NCBI GenBank assembly: GCA_048937405.1
Contig: JBHLNF010000001.1
Span: forward strand, 32,001-96,000
Length of the DNA stretch: 64,000 nucleotides
From: Promethearchaeota archaeon
GTDB lineage: Archaea; Asgardarchaeota; Lokiarchaeia; Sigyniarchaeales; SOKP01
Direction: 5' to 3'
The notes beneath the pieces are model-generated. The model did not search any database. It was not told where the DNA came from and saw only the letters and a list, made by a program, of their open reading frames with translations. The number at the start of each line of letters is the position of its first letter. The first letter of the stretch is position 1. The position numbers and the translations under genes are program-made. This document shows, piece after piece, positions 10,288 to 19,951 of this stretch.

Positions 10288-12099
10288 TTAATTTTTTTTT
10301 TTACATTCTTGGCATCTGCTCCCTTGATATACAGCACCAGGAGTTGTATTCCACACATGTTCATTTTTACATTTTATGGTAATAGTTTTGAACCGACCTT
10401 TGTAAGGAGTTAATAAACTCCATCCTTTCTTATGTATAAAACCTTGAAACTTTTTTGCATACTTATCCATTTTACATTCTGGACAGAAATTCTCAATGTT
10501 TTTATAATGTCTTTTAAGCCCTTCTGGTGATTTTTTAAATTTATGACCTTTTTGACATTGATACCATAATGGAGTTTTTGCATTTACATATTCATTAACT
10601 AATTTACAATTAAAGATTCTCCCAATTTCTTGAAAATATTCCGTTGTTCCTTTTTCATTTCCAGCACATTTTGAACACCAATTATTCTTATATACAGAGT
10701 CTGGTGTAGTGGTCCATTGATGTCCCTTTTCACACATAATTGTAACTTCTTTTTTTGCTGTAAAATAGGGTGTAATTAACGCTCCACCTTTTTTTTCAAC
10801 ATAATCTCTAAATTTTTTTGCATATTTATTTTCATGTATTATAAATTCCCGATAATCATATCTAGGTCCTTTTTTAAGATCTTTTTTAGTCTTTTTTTTA
10901 TATTCTTGTTCAATATATTTCTGCATTTTATAATAGGGTACAATTTTATCATCAGGGACTTGAATGAGGGTTACTCCATTATCTTTGCATAATTTCAATT
11001 TAAGAGCATCTTCTTCTTGTAGTTTTTTCAATTCTTCTTCAGTCATACCAAAAGCTTTTTTTCGATGTTGAATCCCCTGATACTCAAACGCTAATCCTAA
11101 CTCTTCGTTATATCCATCGAGTTCCATTTGATTTCCGTTTTCATTAACTAACCATTTAGGATAACTTTTTGGAAAGGACTTTTTGAAAATCTTTTCAAAA
11201 AATCTTCTACAGATTGTTTCGCTAATGTATAAATGACAATGTGGACACCAAGTTTTTGAATAAACTACACTATTATAAGTAGTATAAAAATGATGTCCTT
11301 CAGCACATTCAAGATGAATTTTTGACTTGGCATTTTCTAAGTCCGTTGTATGACATTTACCGCCTTTCTTTTTTGCGATTTTTAAAATAGTATCAATTGT
11401 AACATGTTTTTGAGTGCGAATATAATCCCGATATTCTTTTTGTATAAATATCCTTTTTAGTTGGTTCCGAGCGGAAGTATCACTAATGAGAAGCCATTTT
11501 TGTATATCATATGCATTAAATTTACCTTTGTTCTTTAAAACAAGATTTTTAATAGTGTTATTTAAGACATCTTCATCCCTAATTTTCGTTGTTAATGTGA
11601 TGTAATGTGAAAGTATTTTAGTTTGGTCTTTAATGAGAGTGGAATGGTTAGTTTGAGAGACATCTTCAAATTCATTTTTTTTATTTTTAATAAAATCAAT
11701 AAAGGTTTGAGTTGGGCGAAAATTTTTTATCCAGCAGCCAGAGTTATTGAACTCATTCACAATTTCTTTTATTGACTCGTTTCCATGAGTGTATTGCAAA
11801 AATTCTTTGAATTTTTCGGAATTCTCTGGCATTGAAATATCTTTTGGGAATAATTTTAATTTTTCCTTAGTTTTATTGAATTCATTGATTTTTGGTTTAT
11901 TATTAGTAATTTCTTTTTCTTCGATTGTTTTATTGGGAGTTTCTCGATTCTTGAATCTATTATTAACCGATTTTTGTGGTGACTTTTGTTTGATTTTTGT
12001 TTTAGTTTCTGTTGTAACTTTATCCTTTCTTGATTTTCTTATTTCTTTCCGAACTGGTCTCTCATTCCTTTCAAATTGGGGCATTTTTGATCTTTTCAA
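10288..12099 (-). CDS. Zn-ribbon (CxxGH...CxxC) repeat protein with PD-(D/E)xK endonuclease domain
   Basis: Four CxxGH/CxNEH...CxxC repeats; ELDGYNEELGLAFEYQGIQH nuclease motif. Confidence 0.75.
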   Translation of the reverse strand: MKRSKMPQFERNERPVRKEIRKSRKDKVTTETKTKIKQKSPQKSVNNRFKNRETPNKTIEEKEITNNKPKINEFNKTKEKLKLFPKDISMPENSEKFKEFLQYTHGNESIKEIVNEFNNSGCWIKNFRPTQTFIDFIKNKKNEFEDVSQTNHSTLIKDQTKILSHYITLTTKIRDEDVLNNTIKNLVLKNKGKFNAYDIQKWLLISDTSARNQLKRIFIQKEYRDYIRTQKHVTIDTILKIAKKKGGKCHTTDLENAKSKIHLECAEGHHFYTTYNSVVYSKTWCPHCHLYISETICRRFFEKIFKKSFPKSYPKWLVNENGNQMELDGYNEELGLAFEYQGIQHRKKAFGMTEEELKKLQEEDALKLKLCKDNGVTLIQVPDDKIVPYYKMQKYIEQEYKKKTKKDLKKGPRYDYREFIIHENKYAKKFRDYVEKKGGALITPYFTAKKEVTIMCEKGHQWTTTPDSVYKNNWCSKCAGNEKGTTEYFQEIGRIFNCKLVNEYVNAKTPLWYQCQKGHKFKKSPEGLKRHYKNIENFCPECKMDKYAKKFQGFIHKKGWSLLTPYKGRFKTITIKCKNEHVWNTTPGAVYQGSRCQECKKKN

Positions 12100-12124
12100 T
12101 GGTTAATATTTAAAAGATATAAAT

Positions 12125-12454
12125 TTAGATTACTCCTTTTCTTATGAGGAAAATTCCACAAGTGGGGCAAATTTTGCACTTTAATTCAACTTTTTTTCCA
12201 CAATAAGGACAAATCCAATGTCTACTTTTAATTTCTGATAATCTTTCTATAAATGAAGTTAAATCTGGAGCATCTAGAACATATTGTTTTAGATCTTCCC
12301 TTTTTTCATTTGAAATTATTTCTTCAACCTCATCGATAAGTTCAATAATATTTATATCGGTTATTTTACCACAATCTAGACAATTTATTTTATATTCAAA
12401 TTGAATTACATTTTCACTATCACACATAGGGCAATTAATGAAGTTTTTTGACAT
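12125..12454 (-). CDS. Small double Zn-ribbon protein
   Basis: CPMC/CLDC at the N-terminus, CPYC/CPTC at the C-terminus. Confidence 0.7.
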   Translation of the reverse strand: MSKNFINCPMCDSENVIQFEYKINCLDCGKITDINIIELIDEVEEIISNEKREDLKQYVLDAPDLTSFIERLSEIKSRHWICPYCGKKVELKCKICPTCGIFLIRKGVI

Positions 12455-12932
12455 TGATAAAGAAATTTTAGTAGTTAATTTTAATTTGGTGTGATTATTG
12501 GTCGATATATTCAGATTTAAACTCCTATGTTTTTAAGAAAGGTATTTTGTTATAAGGTGAGGAGTTTCAGTTTTTTTACTGAATTAAAACGTTGTTAAGT
12601 ATTTTAAGAATTTCTAGTATGTTGAAAAAGGAGAAATAGAAAGTGAAGAATTATTTTAAGAAAGAGATGTCATGATTCATTTTTGTAATGAGAATACCTA
12701 CCTCTTCACTTTCATTTATGACTCAAATACTAATAGAAAGTAATATATGATAATTTAGTAGGTATTTAAACAAAACGAAAATATTTTTTGATTCCTAAAC
12801 TCACAATTTGATATTAGAATTTTACAAACTGATAAAGAATTACTTTTTTTAAATAAAAATTGAAAGTGATTTAAAATTGGATTTAAATAATATACTATTT
12901 AGTTTATCCTCAATCGTTTTCTCTTTAGTATA

Positions 12933-13361
12933 TTACTGAAATTTATTACTAACTTCTAGTTTCTCATATTTCCTTAACTCCTGAAATTTAGATAATTCTT
13001 CTTTAGAAATTTTTAGTAAATGAAAAATCTCATCTGAGTTAAGCATAAGAAGTTCTATAAAAGATTTGTTTAATTCTTTTTCTTGGTCTTTTGAGAGTTT
13101 AATATCAGGATAGATTTGTTTCAGTGCAATATAAAGAGCTTTGGCCTCTCCAGCAAATTCGTTTATCTCAGATCCTTTAATTCCTAATTGCTTCTCCAAC
13201 TCTAGAAGGCAATAGTCGCGTTCTTCAACATGTTCAAAAATAGCTTTTTGAAAGTTTACCCATCCCAGATTCTTTGAAACTATCTCTACTATTTTATCAT
13301 AAAACAAGTCAGGATTAAATTTAGTTAAATCAATTCTATACATTTTTAAGAAACACACCAT
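12933..13361 (-). CDS. Hypothetical protein
   Basis: 142-aa ORF co-oriented with, and 18 bp downstream of, the wHTH gene. Confidence 0.6.
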   Translation of the reverse strand: MVCFLKMYRIDLTKFNPDLFYDKIVEIVSKNLGWVNFQKAIFEHVEERDYCLLELEKQLGIKGSEINEFAGEAKALYIALKQIYPDIKLSKDQEKELNKSFIELLMLNSDEIFHLLKISKEELSKFQELRKYEKLEVSNKFQ

Positions 13362-13379
13362 AAATTATTCGAGGTTTAT

Positions 13380-13634
13380 TTAATCACTTACTTTCCAAAA
13401 AATGAGTGGACGGCCCCTTCTTCCATTATTACGAGAATATTTTTCAATTAATTTCCTTTTTTGAAGCTTTAATAAATTATCATAAACAGTAGTCCTCGGA
13501 ATTTCCAATTTTTTTGCCAATTCTCTTCGTGTTATTGGTCCAATCTTTTCTAAAGTTTTAAATAGAACATATTGAATAGGAGATAAATATCGTTGCAAAT
13601 TGAGCCCTTTTTTTAATATTTCGCTTTCATTCAT
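13380..13634 (-). CDS. TrmB-like winged-helix transcriptional regulator
   Basis: GPITRRELAKKLEIPRTTVYDNLLKLQKRKLIEK...GRP. Confidence 0.85.
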   Translation of the reverse strand: MNESEILKKGLNLQRYLSPIQYVLFKTLEKIGPITRRELAKKLEIPRTTVYDNLLKLQKRKLIEKYSRNNGRRGRPLIFWKVSD

Positions 13635-13864
13635 AAGTATTTTCCTATTTTCAAATTGAATTAATTAGAAATATTATAAATTTATCGACGAAAAACTTTT
13701 TAAACTACGATTATTATGTAATTTTTCTGCTAAATTCACCCTATAATTATTCATAAGTATACCTAAGAATATTTTAATATCTTTATGAAGAAATTACTTT
13801 ATCTTCCTCCAATTAGACTGGTATTAATTCTATTTTAGTTAAGATGATATTTTTTGAGAAAATT

Positions 13865-14167
13865 TCAAGGATTCAAAATTAAATGATACAAAACCAAAAT
13901 GAATAGAATGACTCCAATAAAGATATTCATGACTGTTGCCAAATAATAAATGAAATTAAAAATAGCTAAAAATTGTAAGCCTGAATCTACAATAAATTTT
14001 CTTAGTGTTTCTAAGAAATAATAAAAAGGTAACAGGAGGATAATATATACCATAGAACCAAGTATAGTAACTAAAGAATTTCCAGACATCAAAACATAAA
14101 TGAATAAAATAATAATTAAAATAAATAAAAACCAAATAGGAAATAACAGAATTGGTAGTAAATTCAT
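13865..14167 (-). CDS. Small membrane protein (~3 TM), pilus-locus associated
   Basis: Almost entirely hydrophobic; 23 bp downstream of the secretion ATPase. Confidence 0.65.
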   Translation of the reverse strand: MNLLPILLFPIWFLFILIIILFIYVLMSGNSLVTILGSMVYIILLLPFYYFLETLRKFIVDSGLQFLAIFNFIYYLATVMNIFIGVILFILVLYHLILNP

Positions 14168-14190
14168 TTTTACTTTACCTTAAATTACTT

Positions 14191-16383
14191 TCAATTATTA
14201 TATTCAAATTTCCATTTTTCCCAAAAATCGCGAGTTTCAGCATAAGATTTAACAGAATAATGCGCTAATTCGTGAAATAAGTTAACTAAGTCATGATTTT
14301 CAACTTTTTCACAATTTAAAAGATACTTAAAGATTTCCTCATAAAGAATTATAAAGTTGTTAAAGATATTTTCATTTAGTTTTTCGAATTTCTTTAACTT
14401 AGTAATTGTTTTACTTTCATAGAGTTTTTTGAGCAAATTCCACTTTTCTGATTCTGGATCATAAAGAAATAATTCCCTATAATAATCTCCAGCATGATAA
14501 TTACTCAAATCAATTTCTGAAACAGAGACAATTCTCCTCTTATTAAATTCTCGGTTCATTAAAACTAATAAATCTAAATCATCCAATTGAGAAAAATTAA
14601 TTTTAAATGTATGAATTAACCGATTTATTAAAGAATCAATGTCTTGAGAGTGGATTGTTTGAAATCCTCTTAATCCCGCAGCCAGACAGTGAAACCAAGC
14701 TTTAGCTTCTTCTTCTGTTAGAATCTCTCCTAAATAAATAATGTCCGGAGTACGATGAAGTAGTGTTTTTATATGATCGCTTTTTGTGTATCGATTCTTA
14801 TTAGTTGTATCTAATGAGTCTGCTTGATATTTAAGCTGATGTTTACTGAAAATCAATTGTTCTAATGACTCGGTGACATTTTCAACATATATTTTTCGAA
14901 AATACTCTGGGGAAATCATATCGAATGCGTTAATTAAAGTAGTTTTACCTGTATCTGTCTCTCCTGTTACTGTGATGTTTACTCTTCTTATCATACAGAA
15001 GTAGAGAAACGCTGCCATCAAAGGATTAAGTGTATTTGTTTTCATTAAATCTTGAAGTGTTAAAATATTTTTATTCAATTTTCTAATATCCAATGAAAAG
15101 GTATTGACATTAATAGGTTTAACATCAATGGCAAATCTACAGTAAAAGTATTTGTTTTTAATGACGTATTTTAGAGTTGGATTAGAATAATCCAATCTTT
15201 CCTGACTATATAGTCTTAATAATGTAATTATTCGCTTTATGTCCTTGCTAGATAAAGTTATATTCGTACGACAACGACCGTATTTTTGGTGATCGATATA
15301 AACCATACTCTCAGGGGAATCTAAAAATATTTCTTCGATATAATTATCAATTAAAAGTGGAAAAAGCGTATTTAATTGAAGAAATGTAATGGCACAATAA
15401 AAAGCAATTCTTTTTTTCTTATTTTCATCCATCTTATAATTAAGGTCAATAATTCGTAAAGCGTCTTTCTCATATAAATCAATTAAATGTTCCAATGAAA
15501 CAGTATCCTCAAATCTTAAAACTTGCATATAAGAAAGAATATTTTCAATCAACTTTTCAAAATAGGATTTTTCTGATTCCGATTTATGAATTAATTGATA
15601 CTGATATAATTTTTCTGTCTTGTTTGCTATTCCAAATATTTGAATTTGATACAAACCTTTACCAATTTGGTAAGAATGCAGTAGTCTTTCTTTATTCGTT
15701 TCAAAGAATTTTGTGTCTGAAAGGGCTACTTTTTCATCAATTTCCTTTAATGAATGAGATTTTGTAATCAGAAACTCATAAAAATAAAAAATATCTTCAA
15801 ATTTGGAACTTTCCTGTAGGGTAGTTTTATATTTTCTTATTAACTCTGAATCTAAAATTATTAATAATCTTTTTTCAATTTCCTTACATTTTTCAATGCA
15901 ATCAGAGCATACAGAATCTACAGAACTAAAACCTTCGATTTGATCTACTATACGCTCTGTCTTGAAATATAATGAAATTGGATCTTTAAGATCTTGTTTA
16001 TTTAAGGCAAAGAAAGATTCAAAATCTCCAAAAATTCTACATCTAAAATTATCTTTATAAACACATGTTTCTCTTATTTTCAATAATTTTGAATAGATCT
16101 TTCTAACTTTTTCTGTGTTTTTAAGACTTTCAAGTAATAATTTTGTTGTTTTTTGATCAGTTGCAACGTCTAAAGCTTGAATGTAAATTCTTTCGAATGA
16201 TTTATCTTTATTATTTCTCACACTATTGAAAAGGCAGTAATAACATTTCTTATTCTTTAGAAAATGTTTAGAATTTTCTGGACACTGGTTGCATTCAATA
16301 CTTAACACTTTTTCTTTATGTCCTTCAAGATTTTCTTTTCTTTGAATAGTTGTTTTAGTGTTGTTCAGTTCAATCATTTCCAA
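14191..16383 (-). CDS. Type II/IV secretion ATPase (VirB11/TadA/ArlI-like) with Cys-rich N-terminal extension
   Basis: PLLIDNYIEEIFLD, SLDIRK, Walker A GETDTGKTT, LHRTPDIIYLGEI, QTIHS. Confidence 0.9.
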   Translation of the reverse strand: MEMIELNNTKTTIQRKENLEGHKEKVLSIECNQCPENSKHFLKNKKCYYCLFNSVRNNKDKSFERIYIQALDVATDQKTTKLLLESLKNTEKVRKIYSKLLKIRETCVYKDNFRCRIFGDFESFFALNKQDLKDPISLYFKTERIVDQIEGFSSVDSVCSDCIEKCKEIEKRLLIILDSELIRKYKTTLQESSKFEDIFYFYEFLITKSHSLKEIDEKVALSDTKFFETNKERLLHSYQIGKGLYQIQIFGIANKTEKLYQYQLIHKSESEKSYFEKLIENILSYMQVLRFEDTVSLEHLIDLYEKDALRIIDLNYKMDENKKKRIAFYCAITFLQLNTLFPLLIDNYIEEIFLDSPESMVYIDHQKYGRCRTNITLSSKDIKRIITLLRLYSQERLDYSNPTLKYVIKNKYFYCRFAIDVKPINVNTFSLDIRKLNKNILTLQDLMKTNTLNPLMAAFLYFCMIRRVNITVTGETDTGKTTLINAFDMISPEYFRKIYVENVTESLEQLIFSKHQLKYQADSLDTTNKNRYTKSDHIKTLLHRTPDIIYLGEILTEEEAKAWFHCLAAGLRGFQTIHSQDIDSLINRLIHTFKINFSQLDDLDLLVLMNREFNKRRIVSVSEIDLSNYHAGDYYRELFLYDPESEKWNLLKKLYESKTITKLKKFEKLNENIFNNFIILYEEIFKYLLNCEKVENHDLVNLFHELAHYSVKSYAETRDFWEKWKFEYNN

Positions 16384-16398
16384 TCATACCTGGAGTTA

Positions 16399-16776
16399 TT
16401 AATCATTTCTTACTGTGATTTTAATTTGAGTAGCAATAAAATTATTGGATGGATCATATGCTCTGATTTCTAACCAATATTTCCCCACATTAAGGATAGT
16501 TTTACTTATGATTACTCCTTCATTATTGATATATAAATTAGAAGTATCATTGATCCAGTAGTGGTCAATACCAGAAACGTCAGATGCATTTACATCATAG
16601 AAGAAGTACTCTCCATATTCTATAATTTGATCTTTAGGTGTTTGATCCCATATAGGTTTATCATTATCCTTTCTATACTCATCAACTTCTTTTAAGTTGG
16701 GTATTATCCAAATTAGGAATGAAGATAATATTATAACACCTACTGCCAATAATAGTACTTTCTCAATTGTTTCCAT
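16399..16776 (-). CDS. Pilin-like N-terminal helix fused to an Ig/cadherin-like beta domain
   Basis: METIEKVLLLAVGVIILSSFLIWII then PIWDQTPKDQ...YDVNASD...LEIRAYD...IKITV; 15 bp upstream of the ATPase. Confidence 0.6.
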   Translation of the reverse strand: METIEKVLLLAVGVIILSSFLIWIIPNLKEVDEYRKDNDKPIWDQTPKDQIIEYGEYFFYDVNASDVSGIDHYWINDTSNLYINNEGVIISKTILNVGKYWLEIRAYDPSNNFIATQIKITVRND

Positions 16777-17009
16777 GTCTTTATTTTAAGAGAAAAGAAT
16801 AAAAAGTCCCATAATTTCATAGCTATTTTTTTTGATAAATTTAAAGATAAAAAAATGGGTGGATACAAAGTTCAGTGATTATTAAATTTACAAGATGTTG
16901 ATTTCATTGATGGTATAAATTGATTTTGTAGAGAAATTTTTAAATAAAAGAAAAGATAGGCAATAGTATAAATCTCATAAGTAAATATGATATAAAGAGG
17001 AGCGAAAAA

Positions 17010-17795
17010 ATGGCAGAAGTTGTAATTGCGTTATTATCTCCTATTGCAACATATATAGGAAAAAAGATTGTTGAGAAAATTAAAAAGAAGGATGACCAAA
17101 AAGAAATTAAAATAGATGTTAATAGTCCAGATTATAATGGGACCGCAAATCACTGGGTAACTAATCTATTTGAGCGTATAAATGAACAGAAAGATAACGA
17201 TCTCCAATATGCCTATATAGGGGATAATTTGGGAACTTCCATTGAAAAAGATAAGGATGTCTCTACCCTTAAAATGCATATCTCAAAAGTAGATCAGGAT
17301 GCGATGAATGAGCTTATAAGCAATAACCAATGGGCAGCGCAAAATGATCCCATTCATGGCAATGCGGTATTTAATTTTGCCATCCCTCAAGTTGCATATG
17401 CTCAAACGGCTGATGATACTCATCAAATAAAATATAAAGATTTCTCATCAATTCCTCTGAATGGAAAATATATGTTTACCACTAAATTACGTGCTCCAGA
17501 TTACGGAAAACAAGATCCAGGTGATTTCTACAAAAAAGGGGGGACGTTTGAAATTCCTGTCTATTTAGAACAACCAGCAACAGAATATGAAGTGTACCCT
17601 GTAACTCCTCCTGCCCCCAAAATCCCTGATTATGCCATCCAAACGAAAATCATAAAGGATCAATCACAATCACTCAAACCAAGTGATGAGGTTTTTGTTT
17701 TTTGTCCTTTTTGCGGTACTAGAATACCCAGAAGCGCAAATTTAAAATTCTGTTCAGTATGCGGGAAAGATATCGAAAAGCACCTTAATTTTTAA
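17010..17795 (+). CDS. Hypothetical protein with C-terminal double Zn ribbon
   Basis: FCPFCG...FCSVCG; Pro-rich linker; amphipathic N-terminal helix; GAGG upstream. Confidence 0.75.
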   Translation: MAEVVIALLSPIATYIGKKIVEKIKKKDDQKEIKIDVNSPDYNGTANHWVTNLFERINEQKDNDLQYAYIGDNLGTSIEKDKDVSTLKMHISKVDQDAMNELISNNQWAAQNDPIHGNAVFNFAIPQVAYAQTADDTHQIKYKDFSSIPLNGKYMFTTKLRAPDYGKQDPGDFYKKGGTFEIPVYLEQPATEYEVYPVTPPAPKIPDYAIQTKIIKDQSQSLKPSDEVFVFCPFCGTRIPRSANLKFCSVCGKDIEKHLNF

Positions 17796-17839
17796 TTAAT
17801 ATTTGAATTACAATTTAATACTTTCGTTAGGAAAAGAAA

Positions 17840-18052
17840 ATGGTAAATACAAATATTCTATGGAAAAAAGCACAGGAGTATGAAAAAAACCATAATTATA
17901 GGGAAGCGATTAGAATTTATCTAAAAGCGACTCAAATTGACTTGAAAGGTGGAAAGAAAAAATATCTTTCTGCAGAATTTAATAAAGAAAGATTTTGTTT
18001 GCAAAAAATAAGAAATTTAGACGGAGTATTGAATCTTCTAATAGAGCATTAA
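17840..18052 (+). pseudogene. Truncated paralogue of the N-terminus of TPR gene 23751-26018
   Basis: ILWKKAQEYEKNHNYREAIRIYLKATQIDLKGGKKK vs ILWNKAREYYKKHNYREAATIFLKAAQIDLKMGKRK. Confidence 0.7.
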
Positions 18053-18145
18053 AAATTGAAATTAATTATAAAAATTTTTGATAGCGCTTAAGCATGTTTA
18101 TAATTTAGAAAAAAATAAAATATAACGAGATTAGGTATAAAAAAA

Positions 18146-19903
18146 TTGTTATATAAGGAGGGATTTAGGGAAGTTGCTCAAAAATATTCAGGAGATCTTG
18201 ATAAGATATTGAAATATTATCAGGAATTATTGAAGACCAAAAAAGAATCAGATGACCAAAAAGCTATAGCATTTATACTTAATAGGATAGGAAAAACATT
18301 CTATAAAAAAGGAAATTATGAAGAAGCAATGAAAAATTTCAAAATTGCTTTAAAAATCTATGAAAATTTAGGATTCCTTAAACAAAAAGCAGAAGTATTG
18401 ATAAATATAGGAAAAGTATATAAATTTGAAGAAGATTGTGATGAAGCTTTAGATTATTATCTTGATGCTTTAGAAATTGATGAACAATTAAATAATCTCT
18501 CCGGAAAGACAAGAGATATAAATGAAATTGGATTATTATTTAAATTCATTAATGAATATGATGAAGCTTTAGAAAATTTTGAAAAAGTATTAAAAGAACT
18601 TGAAGAAATAGATGATTTAGAGATAAGAGCCTCTACCTTAGCTTATATTGGGGCAACATTAAAAGACCAAGGTAAAAATGAGGGGGCTTTTAACTATTTC
18701 TACGAATCATTAGAAATTTACAAAAAATTTATGAATATTACAAAAAATGCCGAGGAATTTTATAATAATATTAAAAAATTAAGAGATATTAAACGCTTAG
18801 ATTATATTAGTAACGTATTTGAGATTTCAGATATTATTGAGCATCCTATGAGAAAAACTATCTATGATATAAATGTATATTTAAAGTATATTGATCTCAA
18901 AACCGCCTTAGAATTCTATAATTTATTATTCAATGAATCTATCCATTCAGAAAGACCATCCAAATCTTATTCTGATCTTAGAAATATAGGACAAGCGTTA
19001 AAAGCAAAAAGTTATTATGCCCAAGCTTTAGAGTTCCTTAAAAAAGCTTTAGAAATCATAATAGAAAAAGGAAAAAGTAAAGAAGTAGATTTCAGGAAAG
19101 GAATATTACAGTGTCCAAATCCCGAATGCAACCAAGAATTATCAATTAAATTACCTGGGATTCTAAATGCAATCTTTGAAATATGTTCAAGATGTAAAAC
19201 ACAATTTTCTATATGGATGTTAAATCAAAATGATTCTAAAGGTATTCTTAACATAATTTCTAGAAGTGTTTCTAATAAGATAAGTTCTAACATAAATATT
19301 GAGCTAGAAAGTAAACGAGGAAAAGAAAGTGATACAAAAATGTTAGATAATATACATAATACGATTATGATAGTCAAGGAGATTGGAGTTTGCTTTTATC
19401 GACTTAAAGATTATCTTAATTCTGCTAGATATTTCTTACAAACAGCAAATTTATATAAACAAAAAGAAGATAAAAATAGTTCCAAAAAGTATTTAGATTA
19501 TGTTATTAAATTATTACCGGGAATTGATGTAAAAAATAGACAACTTATAGAACATGAAATTAATCATCTTTCAAAAGTTTCTCCTGAAAGCCTAAGAAAA
19601 GCAACGCCTTTTCATACTTTTACTTCCTGTCCAAATTGTCATCGTAGGTATAAAGTTAATATTGTCGATATCACCATCGCAATATTAATTTGTCCTCGGT
19701 GTTCAGCAAAATTTTCAGTATATTTTAATAAAAGTACACAAGAATTTTATACTAATATTTTAGAGAAACCAAAAATTAAAGCATTAAGCCATCCTGACCA
19801 GAAAGAAGGGGATTTAGTTAAGTTCTGTGCCAGATGTGGACTGAATTTAGGTATTATCGTAAAATATTGTATAAGGTGTGGTTTAGAGATAATAAGAGCG
19901 TGA
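18146..19903 (+). CDS. TPR protein with shared C-terminal multi-Zn-ribbon module (paralogue 1)
   Basis: ~40-aa TPRs; CPNPEC, CSRC, CPNC, CPRC, FCARCG, YCIRCG. Confidence 0.85.
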   Translation: MLYKEGFREVAQKYSGDLDKILKYYQELLKTKKESDDQKAIAFILNRIGKTFYKKGNYEEAMKNFKIALKIYENLGFLKQKAEVLINIGKVYKFEEDCDEALDYYLDALEIDEQLNNLSGKTRDINEIGLLFKFINEYDEALENFEKVLKELEEIDDLEIRASTLAYIGATLKDQGKNEGAFNYFYESLEIYKKFMNITKNAEEFYNNIKKLRDIKRLDYISNVFEISDIIEHPMRKTIYDINVYLKYIDLKTALEFYNLLFNESIHSERPSKSYSDLRNIGQALKAKSYYAQALEFLKKALEIIIEKGKSKEVDFRKGILQCPNPECNQELSIKLPGILNAIFEICSRCKTQFSIWMLNQNDSKGILNIISRSVSNKISSNINIELESKRGKESDTKMLDNIHNTIMIVKEIGVCFYRLKDYLNSARYFLQTANLYKQKEDKNSSKKYLDYVIKLLPGIDVKNRQLIEHEINHLSKVSPESLRKATPFHTFTSCPNCHRRYKVNIVDITIAILICPRCSAKFSVYFNKSTQEFYTNILEKPKIKALSHPDQKEGDLVKFCARCGLNLGIIVKYCIRCGLEIIRA

Positions 19904-19951
19904 AATTAGTATAAAAAAACTATTAAAATAAAAAGATATGAGAGATAAATT

